Source: a bacterium
GTDB lineage: Bacteria > SAR324 > NAC60-12
DNA: 21,564 bases
Assembly (NCBI GenBank): GCA_965233585.1
Contig: CBDDTI010000108.1
Coordinates: 1 to 21,564 of the forward strand
Direction: 5' to 3'
Under the pieces are notes generated by a model. It saw only the letters and a program-made list of their open reading frames with translations. It ran no database searches and was not told where the DNA came from. Shown here piece after piece: positions 10,446-20,233 of this stretch. The first letter of the stretch is position 1, and each line of letters begins with the position of its first letter. Both the position numbers and the translations under genes were made by a program.

Positions 10446-10888
10446 GGATTTTTTAGACAGATTTTAATAAAGAAACCCTTTTTTTTGAGCAAGGTCAAGT
10501 TTTGGATTTGGTAAAGGTTTGCTTTGTTTTTGCTTTTGAAAAACATGCAAGCAATCACACTTAAAAACCATTCAACCACAATTAAAAAAACACAAAGGAA
10601 AAAGTGAAAAAATGCCTGCTAGAGCCAGAAAGGTTGTTTCTTATTGCAAGTGCTAATTCCAATTTTTCATTGCAAATGCAAGGACCTGCAAGGGGGTACC
10701 CTTTGTGGACCTGTTATTTGCAATTTGTTCAAAGGATTTTAATAAAAGAAAACAGCTCTTTCGAACAAGGTAAAGTTTTGGATTTGGTAAAACTTTGCTT
10801 TGTTTTTCGCTTTTGAAAAGCATGCAATCAAAAGCTAAAACCATTCAACCACAATTAAAATCACTAAGGAAGAAGGAAAAAATACAGC
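10446..10888. repeat. ~269-bp satellite, block 3
   Basis: Anchors at 10490 and 10766. Similarity stops after aaaaaatacagc (10888). Confidence 0.93.
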
Positions 10889-10987
10889 AGAACTGTAATT
10901 GGTTCTCATTTTTTTCTTGCATCCATCCTAAATATTAATTTGCCCCTTTACATTTTAGCATTGGAACAATATAACAATTTGAAAATT

Positions 10988-11141
10988 TTCTGAAAATTCT
11001 TTGTAGCTATTGCGAATGAACGAAATTTATTGCAGATGCTCTGGACCAAGATTGATGTCTGCAATTTAAAATCAATAAGGCCCAATTTAACATCAATGGG
11101 GGCTGAAAAATCAGATTCTGACAATTCTTTGTAGCTATTGC
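10988..11141. repeat. 26-bp direct repeat pair, 128 bp apart
   Basis: ttctga(a/c)aattctttgtagctattgc at 10988-11013 and 11116-11141. Confidence 0.85.
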
Positions 11142-11493
11142 ACGCGTGTTACTATTGTCCATCCAACATTATCATATAATATAGATATATCTACCAGGAT
11201 CTACCAGGTATAATTTCTTTGATCAGTTGTAACACCAGTCCACCCCCAAGTGCGTTGGTGGAGGCCTAGGTGACGGCGGTCCTTCCGAGAGTGCGTTGAT
11301 TCAAGAAGCTCCTTCCGAGGCGGTCGTGTGTCGGGATCAACATTTTTTTTAAATGGACGGATGGTTTAAAAATCCTGCGCCAGTTGGAAAAACTATTGGC
11401 AAGTATATGAAACACTGTAAATAACGGGATGATAGATAATAAGATAAATGATGATAAATGTAAGTAGTGGAAAGATAATAGGATAAATCTATA

Positions 11494-11597
11494 TACCCTT
11501 TGGTAAACTAACATAACTATGGAAAATCACAATTTTTCATGGGATAATTAACTGTAAATTGTGATTTTCCATAGTTATGTTAAATTACCACAGGGTA
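11494..11597. mobile_element. Palindromic MITE-like repeat (taccct...agggta family)
   Basis: Arms taacataactatggaaaatcacaattt / aaattgtgattttccatagttatgtta, with TA at both ends. Related copy at 12589-12692. Confidence 0.7.
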
Positions 11598-11706
11598 AAT
11601 ACTCCAGCAGCTAGTTCGGGATTTCCGTCCACATGTGGATTCGATGAGGGCATATTGCCGGGAAGAATGGGAGATGGGATAACGTAAACTCAGTGGGTTA
11701 TTGCAA

Positions 11707-11812
11707 CTGGCTGGTGGTTTGGAACATGAATTTTATGACTTTCCATATGTTGGGAAGAATACTCCCAACTCACTTTCATATTTTTCAGAGGGGTAGGTAT
11801 ACCACCAACCAG
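11707..11812. mobile_element. MITE-like repeat (ctggttggtgg...ccaccaaccag family), copy 1
   Basis: 11-bp terminal inverted repeat with one mismatch. Internal sequence is shared with 12332-12441 and 15078-15201. Confidence 0.75.
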
Positions 11813-12331
11813 ACACTGTTTTACAGTTTGGATAATGTTTAACAATGGGAAAATGAGGGGATATTGCCATGTTGTACAATGACTGGATCAATGTGGTGTT
11901 TTGTGGGATATTCCTAGGGATTGAACGTGAATGGGAATATATAGTCGGATATAACACTTAGCAATCACAATCAAATGTTGGAATTTATACCCAATTATAG
12001 AATTGGTTAGTAACCCCTATGCCTATAGCTGGATATACAAATCACTAACTCCATGTCCTATCTGCCATATATGCCATGGTCAAGATTTGGGTATAATTGT
12101 TGCCTATGCTCCCGTTACAATGGTTACATTTACATATGTATATATATATATAATTGATAATAGTAGTACATCAATAAAATTGAATATCAATAAATATCAG
12201 TAAATATGTGGGGATGGTCATCAAACCACTAGGGAGTTATATCTCAATTGTAAGGACGCACAAGAATGCTGTGATGATTGTATCTCAGAAATACCATCCT
12301 TTGATCATGGCACCTATCATGGGATTAAAAT

Positions 12332-12441
12332 CTGGTTGGTGGTTTGGAACATGAATTTTATGTTTCCATATATTGGGAATGTCATCATCCCAACTGACGA
12401 ACGCCATCATTTTTCAGAGGGGTAGGTATACCACCAACCAG
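12332..12441. mobile_element. MITE-like repeat (ctggttggtgg...ccaccaaccag family), copy 2
   Basis: Perfect ctggttggtgg / ccaccaaccag termini and the shared core tttccatatattgggaatgtcatcatcccaactgacgaac. Confidence 0.78.
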
Positions 12442-12588
12442 TAATGATTATATATACCCTCACGTAATCAGTGACACGACAATGGAAAATCAACCATTTA
12501 GTTCGAAGAGACTTCCCCTGAAAACCTGGATTTCAAAGTGTGCTCTCGGATGTTGGATGACACCGGAAATTAGATGAGTTCTGGGATA

Positions 12589-12692
12589 TACCCTCTGGAA
12601 AAAAAAACTATGGAAAATCACCATGTTTAATGGGTAAATCCACTATTTCTATGGCCATGTTCAATAGCTATGTAAACGTTTAACAGAGGGTA
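12589..12692. mobile_element. MITE-like repeat (taccctctg...cagagggta family), copy 2
   Basis: 9-bp terminal inverted repeat; shares aactatggaaaatcac with 11494-11597. Confidence 0.65.
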
Positions 12693-14968
12693 TTGAGATG
12701 ATTTGTTCCAGCACAGATGAGTTCTGGGATTCTGATGAGAGGATTTATAGCATATACATTAACAATCGTGGCCATAGAGTTAGGGCTTAATATCGTTTTT
12801 GATGCAGAAAATCGATGCAGCTATGGCGATTTACCAGTTATAACTTGTTATTTCTATGGGATTATACATTCTATACATTCTATAAATGGGGTTATGTTAG
12901 TACTTATAGCTGATAAATGGCCATAACTGTGATGAATGGCTCTCGGAATTGATGCCTTTTCCAGGACCCGGCCCGGGAGTCCGGTGCGTGACGGAGCTCA
13001 GGATCACCGCAGCTCAAGGACTCCACAGATCCGAGAACGAGCTCTTTAAATCGTTCACAGACGAGATGCCCAGCTGGCCCCTACATCACAGCTTCCAAGC
13101 ATGAAATCTTCATCAGGGCCAACCCGTTCTACTGGTAATCAGTGTGGTTATTATCGTATTTGATGGAAAGAATAGGGACAAAACATCTGTGAATGTGGGT
13201 ATTCATGGGCATCAATGGGGCTTGTACCAACCATCTTTATGGGATATTTCATGGATACTAATTAGTCAGGACATAACCAACCATAACCAACCAACCGACC
13301 AACCATATGATATGATGTAAGTTTCCCATATATGAGCTGTTTGGTTTCTATCTACAGCCACTAGCTCACGTTTTAAAAATCACTTTATTTTTGGGGGTAC
13401 TCGATTTTTCTTTAAAAAACACGTTATATTTTTTTTAAAAAAAATGTATGGGGATGAATGAAAACCTATGATACTCTGTTGTGGCAGACATTGATTTGCT
13501 GTCTTCAATTGTTACCAGGGCACGCGTCGCTGGAAAAGCAAATGATACCAGGCCGGCGAATCCGTTTGTTTTTCAGATGTTTTTTTTTAAAATATGTAAG
13601 CCATCTATAAATGGGCCATTTCCCATAGCTATATGATCAAACAATATCAAACAATATCAAACACATTTTTTTAATCCCATGTTCATTTCAATGGGATTTT
13701 CAGGATCCTAAAATGTAGGTACTGTACATTACTGTACAATATGTCTGGCTATATTTTGTGGGGATATTCCCTGAAATTTAGGCCTGAAAAATATGCCTTA
13801 TATATATATATGGTAGGTATCTCCAACCAATTGGTTCCTGAACCGGCCATTGAATATGGGGGTTCAACAGTCAGTAGAGCCAGTAAAGGATAAGAGTCCC
13901 ATGAAAGGACAGGCTTTGGTAGCTCCATGTTTGATGGCGCAACAGTTTGGACCATTCCCTTGTTGTAGTTCCTCCAGATCTCAATCCATCAGCCCACACA
14001 AACTCTACATGTAGTTGGGGTGTCCACGAGGTGACTCTGTCATCAACTGATGTCAGGTCTTTTTGCAGAGATTGCATACCATCCCGGAAGAAGGAGCGGA
14101 CGGGTCGAATTTTTCCGACGCATCCAAGGGAAGTGGTATGAAATTATAAGGCGCAGTGCTCCTGGCAGAAAATCATCTGTAGGAATGAACAATTCCTCTG
14201 CAGTTTGTAGGTTTGGTGATTGATTACTCCGCAGGCAAGGATTGCAAAACTCGATGGATTGGAAGTTTTTCAACCTCTTTCCACGTGTTTGACCTGGCTT
14301 CACTGAAATGCATGTAGTGAGGATTCCCTGTGGCCCCATATCGCTGCAATTCACAAATTTGTACCATTTGTTTTTTCACTGCCAAACATTACCGACATCC
14401 GCATTTTTTGATGCTGGTCTTCTCACTCTCTCAAGTAACTTGAACATAGACTTGATGCTATCCCCATGATCATTGTTGTGCTACGATCTGCTAAGAGTAT
14501 GTATTTCATATGTATTGACAGCCCCACAAGTATTGTTGATTCATTTGCCCATTGCTGAAAACTGAATCTGGGGGAGATACACCCTCAAAAATACACTTGA
14601 ACAGAGGAAATTAATTTAACATTCAGCAGATATTTGGTTCTTGTGTCAACATCTTGAGACAAACTGGAATCATGGTGTTCGTGATATATCCACCATGTCA
14701 CCGAAAGATTTCCCATCAAATTCATTGTTAAATATTATGTCATATTACTATATATTACTAATATTTATCAACTAAAAGACAAAGACGTAAAATCAAAGTT
14801 GAACTAAACGGTGCAACATGTTTCCATTCTAAAACTGCTATCCCCATTAAATCTCTGTTGGTGAGCTGTATGATATTTCCATGAATTACTTTGTTCCCAG
14901 TATATGTTGGTGCAATATGCCATTCAACATTCCATATTGTTCAACAGTGACCGCACAATCCCTTCCCC

Positions 14969-15210
14969 CAATGGATTGGTTTAAAGTTTAAGGGAAAATC
15001 TTCACCGGAAATCATCTAGATTTTCCCCATGAAATATGGGGCTTTTCCGGTGAAAATTTTCCCCAGCAAACCAATCCCTGGTTGGTGGTTTGGAACATCA
15101 ATTTTATGAATTTCCCATCATATTGGGAATGTCATGATCCCAACTGACGAACTCACTCCATCATTTTTCAGAGGGTGATTGGTGGCTCAACCACCAATCA
15201 GAATCCATTG
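14969..15210. mobile_element. Palindromic MITE-like repeat (caatggattggttt...aaaccaatccattg) interrupted by copy 3 of the ctggttggtgg family (15078-15201)
   Basis: The right arm reads aaaccaatcc | insert | aatccattg, duplicating aatcc. Internal arms ggaaaatcttcaccggaaa / tttccggtgaaaattttcc. Confidence 0.7.
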
Positions 15211-15979
15211 ATTCCACCTAAGACGATTTTTTCTGCAGAAATCTTCCTTGGAGGATCTGCAGAAAGGGGGGGTATTTGGTGTTGGAAAGATGACTTGGAG
15301 GATCCACCTTGGTGAGTGGTTAACAACCAGCATAGTTACAATCCATGTGCAAATTGGATACACAACACAAACGGGGACTTACTAGTCAAGGTGATGAACC
15401 ACATTTTAACAACCAGATATATATATATATATATCAATATACATTCTTGTAAATAATTAGTCCTAATATATCCCCAGTGATAGATGATTTTCCTATTAAA
15501 TATATATATATATATATCCACACAAATGAAATATTAACCACTTCCGATACATGGGATGATCCTTTGCAGGAGCCTCCTGCGAGTTCGATGACGCGAGTTT
15601 GCTGGCGCCGGCGGGAACAGCTCAGGGGCGCTCGGGCTTGGTCCGGCTTCAGGTTTTCCATTTTTTCCAGATGGGGTTCTTTCAGGTTCCAGGTTTCCTA
15701 TGGCTAATATGTGATGATTTTCCTATTTTTTCCAATTGACGTGTTTTCCTGCGTGTGTTGAGGGTGTTTGTTTTTTTTGTTTGTTTCAGTGGAAAATCCA
15801 CTCTGACTGGGGAATATGGTTGGTTGGTTGGTTCGAAGTCCAAAGGACAAATTGGGGGGGCTCCAACAGGCAGCAACAGCATCCAATCATGGAATAGCAG
15901 GGACCCCAACATGGAGTCTGCAGGACCCTTACCTCAGTAAAAGGCCCAAACAGCTCCATGCCACCTGCAGCTGTTTGAT

Positions 15980-16354
15980 TTATTCCTTCCAGAATAACCG
16001 CGCTCGCCGAACTAGTTCCTGAGCAAACAAGGCCACCGGCATGTAGCCAGGATGGCTTGGATGAATGTCAAAATCAAGCCTCTGCGGGAAATAAACAAGA
16101 CAGGGCATTCGGACATCTACCAAGCCAGCACAGGCGTTCACAATGTGAAATTTCACATTAGAATACCTCTTCTGACATAAGATGCATTCCTGGACCCTGG
16201 CTTTGGACTTCTTGCCGTTTACGTGCCCAAAAACAACATAATCCCGTCGGACTTGAATGACAGCTCTTTGGCTGAGCAGGACATTCCACGGCAAATTGAG
16301 CCCCAGACTGTCTTTCAAATAGGTACTTCCAGTTTTCATTAAAGTATGTTTCAC
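15980..16354 (-). pseudogene. C-terminal part of LINE ORF2 with CCHC zinc knuckle, separated from ORF2 by one in-frame TAA
   Basis: Starts at the codon immediately after the TAA (16355-16357), in the same frame. Contains CILC-QKRYSNVKF-H-IVNA-C (C-x2-C-x9-H-x4-C, 16130-16186). Confidence 0.82.
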
Positions 16355-19300
16355 TTACTGCTTGTAGGACCCAGTCTCAGCAGCTCTTCTGCTCACCCAA
16401 GTGGGCCAGTCAAGGATATCTTTGCTGGCAAGAAATTGACGAGAGATGGATGCCCATGAGGGAACATTAGAAACATGACTTGAACGGAAAAGACGACCAG
16501 CAATGGTACCTTCCAAAGTCCAAAGTCTCTGCCGTACTGAAGCAATATCAAAAGCAATACGGTCAGACGCATCAAAAGTCCAACCCAGATCTGCTTGACA
16601 ACTAGCAGCGTTATTCCAAGGCTTTGCGCCAAGGAGCTGCCTTGCCCAGTTCTCGTATGTAGTAGTCAAAAAACATTGGACCTCTGAAGAAAGCCCCCAC
16701 AACCAACGCCCAAATCTCAGTGTTGCTTCCACTTTCAACTCAAAGAGGACTGCGACAACAGCAAGTGGAACTCTAAAGGAATCCATAAAAGAACACAACA
16801 AATTCACCATAGAAGAGCAAGCAGCCACAGTAACCATAGCATGGTGCATCCATTCACCAGAAACAGACCACCGAAGCCCCAACCACTTGTGAGAGGAAAC
16901 TTGCATCAAAGGAGCAGGGAGGGCTGGAGGACGGCACGGAAAAAACAAAGGTTGCGCCAAAAATGTCGGCCCTTCTGCGCTTCCAGAGAAAGCTTGCACA
17001 ACTGTCTTATTAGACCCTAGATGCAAAGAAGCCTTGACATCATGTGCCCAGTCAGCCACAATAGATAAGACCCGCACAGCCTCACCTCGACTGGAAGCGA
17101 GAAACACTGGATCATCAGCGTGAAATAAAACAGGAATTCTATGAGGATCACACAGATCCAAAGCCCGCGCGCAAGTTGCTTCCAAAGATGGCGACTGCCG
17201 CAAAGCAGATGCAGGTGGAAGCGTCTCTTGGTTTGCTATCCTCCTTGCCAAAATAGCTGCTTCAGCTTGGTTGGGTACCCCTTGGCCGGTCCATTTGTGG
17301 GAAGCCCAAGCTGCAGGCACCCAGCCCGACGTGGCTACTCCACAGTTGGCCAGCCGAAGCCTGCTGATCAATGTGTTTGGGAGCAAGTTGAAACAAGGTG
17401 GGCCTAATTTGCTGCCTTCAGGAATGCCGTGGGACCTATGAACCACAGAATCGCCACTCAGTGTAATTCGCCAATAATCTTCTTTCAAGATTGAAGCGAG
17501 CAAAGCCAAAGCACCATCCCTAATACCAGCAGAAACACCAGCTTCAACTAAAATCAAGGCTCTCCAGGCTCTCGGAAAAGCATGAACAAAATCAGCAAAA
17601 AATTCAATAAAAGCACGTTTCCAGAATCGGTATTCATCTTGCAAAGTATGCAAGGTAAATTGGTGAAGCATGACATCGAACCTGTACCCCGTCTGAACAG
17701 AGTCAACACAGTTGAACAAAGAACTTCCTATACGATGCAAAAGCAATTCCTCTTGTAACAGACCATGCAGGTCAGCAACAGCGATGTACCGATAGGAAGA
17801 GGCGTGGGCAATTGCACCTTTCTTGAAAACAGTGGTTAAGAAACGAAATCTCCATAAAAACGGACGGTAGCATAAGGAAGAGGGCCCACATAGGTTTTGC
17901 AAATTCGAAGCCACAGACCACCAAGAAGAGTTAGCGCATTTCAACAGAAGCCTGTGGAGCAAAAAGGGTGTACAAGCTCTTGAAGTGTTGATTCTTTCTG
18001 CAGCCCTGTGCCACTCAGCGTCATCAATCCGGCCATCAAAAACACCTTGGCCAATGTGAGCCCTCGCACTTTGGACCTGTTTGGCAGCTGCACTTTCAAT
18101 ACTATCATGGAAAGATTGGTTGAAAGAAATTGGCCAACTTCCTTGTAACGTAAGATGATGGACCCAGGCTTGGTGACTGTCCGCCCTTGAAAGAAGGGTA
18201 CCGTCACACTGTAACCTACCAGGAGGATCATGAGTAAGAGGTTTGAGCCACTTGAGACAAGTCTTGACGCAGGACTGGGGCCAGCCATGGTCTCTTTGGT
18301 TCCTGAGCAACATTGCCTCAAAGTCATCTTCGTCACTGAAAACTAGGTTCTGTTGGGACTGCCTCTTTCGTTTCCGGCCCTCAAGGTCGGCAAAGAGCAC
18401 CCAGCCATCTCGCACACAGGATTCCACAACACAAAGTAATAACGTGAGCACTTCCACCGCCCACACTACCCAATCAGGCAGACAGGCTTTACGGAAAACG
18501 CTAGGTTGAACCATCTCCTGGAAAGTGCGGACTAACTCGTCAAGGCCCAGCAAAACAGAAGAGCATCTATTGAAACCATGCTCCCACAGACTTGACTCGT
18601 GCCAATGATGGGGCATTTTGATCGCACTTGGCTCATCCAATCTCACACTCACATCTTCAAACGTGACGTCCAAAAGAAAATGGTCACTACCTGTAAATCC
18701 AAAACAATCGTCCCAGTCACAACCTGCCTCTTTACAATGCAAAGAATTGTGAATAACCACAGAGCCGGAAAGATCAGGAGATCCATAAACAAGATCAAGA
18801 GTTCTACTTACACCAGGTCCGCCGTTACAGTGGTGAGTATCAGAAGGTACCAAAGATACCGTTTTCCGCCGACGTGGAAGAAAAAGGGAGCATGGCACAC
18901 CACCAAAACCTGGTGGGTTCCACAAAAGCACAGACCACTTCTTAATCAAAGATTCCCACCGTCTGTCACGAGAAGGCTTGGGGTCCGCTCCCTTTCCCAT
19001 TGCCGAAGGCTGCAAATTAGCATCACCCATCCAAAACAGAATTGGAATTTGTGGACTTGCCTGTGAGAAAATGGTTGCGGCATCCCTGTCAATACCATCC
19101 ACTTCTTCATGCCAACGCGCTTCGTCATTGGCTGGCAAATAAAATACCAGCCAAAAGAAGCAGCGGCCTGAACAAGGCTGAACTTTCAGCCAGAGCCTCC
19201 TGTTACTACCAATCCCATCAACTTTCGAGAAGCAACTCGAAAAGTCAGTCTGGAATGCAACCGCAACACTGTTGTAATCAGCCTTACCCACAGAAATAAG

Positions 19301-19789
19301 TCTGAATCCGCAGTCACTAGGCAGACGAAAATCCATAGGTAACCTGACCCCTGCCAAACCAATAGCATGCAAGCCTGTGTTGGCAAACGCGGCTTGAATG
19401 GAAGTAGGATGGCGGAGCAAAACCCGCATCTTAACAGTGACCCCCTGAGCATCCAAGCATCCAGTGGTGGAAGGAGAACCAAAACCAAGTTTGAGGCAAA
19501 GAGGCACAGAAGCATCATCGGAGGCGGGAGAAGAAAGGAAGTCAGTTTGAGCAGTGATAAATCTCACAGAATCGCAGAGGGCACCTTTCAAGGTGTGAAA
19601 CGCACGTTGCCCATTGTTGTCCAGATGTCTCACACGAGGGAAAGAGTCACGCATTTGCAAGGCATGTTTCAAAAGGATATCCCAGCTAGCTTTAACCAGA
19701 CTAGCAAAGGCCACGTTCACAGGGCGGCGACCACATTGCTGACTGGTGCTGCGAAGAAAAGAAAGAAACTCGTCACAAAAAGATGACAT
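16355..19789 (-). CDS. LINE ORF2: APE-family endonuclease plus reverse transcriptase (likely start MSSFCDEF at 19789; the frame is open up to 20224)
   Basis: Endonuclease motifs VFYLP, WMGDAN, THH, LDLVY, GSDHF. RT motifs VFKKG..SYRYIAV, QTGYR, FADFVHAF, GIPEGSKLGPPCFN, LFHADD, KTVV, KWLGL. Confidence 0.9.
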   Translation of the reverse strand: MSSFCDEFLSFLRSTSQQCGRRPVNVAFASLVKASWDILLKHALQMRDSFPRVRHLDNNGQRAFHTLKGALCDSVRFITAQTDFLSSPASDDASVPLCLKLGFGSPSTTGCLDAQGVTVKMRVLLRHPTSIQAAFANTGLHAIGLAGVRLPMDFRLPSDCGFRLISVGKADYNSVAVAFQTDFSSCFSKVDGIGSNRRLWLKVQPCSGRCFFWLVFYLPANDEARWHEEVDGIDRDAATIFSQASPQIPILFWMGDANLQPSAMGKGADPKPSRDRRWESLIKKWSVLLWNPPGFGGVPCSLFLPRRRKTVSLVPSDTHHCNGGPGVSRTLDLVYGSPDLSGSVVIHNSLHCKEAGCDWDDCFGFTGSDHFLLDVTFEDVSVRLDEPSAIKMPHHWHESSLWEHGFNRCSSVLLGLDELVRTFQEMVQPSVFRKACLPDWVVWAVEVLTLLLCVVESCVRDGWVLFADLEGRKRKRQSQQNLVFSDEDDFEAMLLRNQRDHGWPQSCVKTCLKWLKPLTHDPPGRLQCDGTLLSRADSHQAWVHHLTLQGSWPISFNQSFHDSIESAAAKQVQSARAHIGQGVFDGRIDDAEWHRAAERINTSRACTPFLLHRLLLKCANSSWWSVASNLQNLCGPSSLCYRPFLWRFRFLTTVFKKGAIAHASSYRYIAVADLHGLLQEELLLHRIGSSLFNCVDSVQTGYRFDVMLHQFTLHTLQDEYRFWKRAFIEFFADFVHAFPRAWRALILVEAGVSAGIRDGALALLASILKEDYWRITLSGDSVVHRSHGIPEGSKLGPPCFNLLPNTLISRLRLANCGVATSGWVPAAWASHKWTGQGVPNQAEAAILARRIANQETLPPASALRQSPSLEATCARALDLCDPHRIPVLFHADDPVFLASSRGEAVRVLSIVADWAHDVKASLHLGSNKTVVQAFSGSAEGPTFLAQPLFFPCRPPALPAPLMQVSSHKWLGLRWSVSGEWMHHAMVTVAACSSMVNLLCSFMDSFRVPLAVVAVLFELKVEATLRFGRWLWGLSSEVQCFLTTTYENWARQLLGAKPWNNAASCQADLGWTFDASDRIAFDIASVRQRLWTLEGTIAGRLFRSSHVSNVPSWASISRQFLASKDILDWPTWVSRRAAETGSYKQ

Positions 19790-19799
19790 GCAGCAAGGA

Positions 19800-20100
19800 G
19801 CTTGAGCCAGCACAAACACAAAACCAGCCAGCAGACAAAACCAGCAAGAGAAACCGACAGGGAAACGAGACGAAACACAAAGAGGAGGAGAAAGAAAGAG
19901 GCCAAAAAAAAAAAAACAGCAAGAAGAAGAAACAAAGAAGAGACGAGGAGGAGACAGGAAAAGGAAAGAAAGAGAAAAAAAAGAGAAAGGGCGAAAGAGA
20001 GAGGAGAGAGAGAGAAAGAGAGAGAGAGAGAAGGAAAACAAGGAACACAACACAGCAAGAACACCCACAAAAGGCAAGACCCACAAAGAAACCAGAAAAA
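19800..20100 (-). other. Polypyrimidine-rich (sense strand) low-complexity spacer between ORF1 and the ORF2 core
   Basis: The + strand is dominated by A/G runs including (GA)n. Overlapping low-complexity ORFs appear in several frames. Confidence 0.75.
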
Positions 20101-20233
20101 TAATATCATTTTTGACCCTGCGCGCCGGAAACAAGAAAGTGATACCTGAATTTGGCGTATGTACACGACACAGCCTACAACCATCCAAACGGAAAGTCAT
20201 CCATTCAATTAGAAATTGCAAAAATCAGGGCAA

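Noticed and set aside
13749..14354. Short minus-strand ORFs (68-103 aa)
   Set aside because: No recognisable motifs; they overlap in different frames and partly run through repeats.
19790..20221. N-terminal transmembrane region of the 1288-aa ORF
   Set aside because: The F/L/S richness and lack of stops follow from polypyrimidine composition. It is kept only as a hypothesis in the findings.
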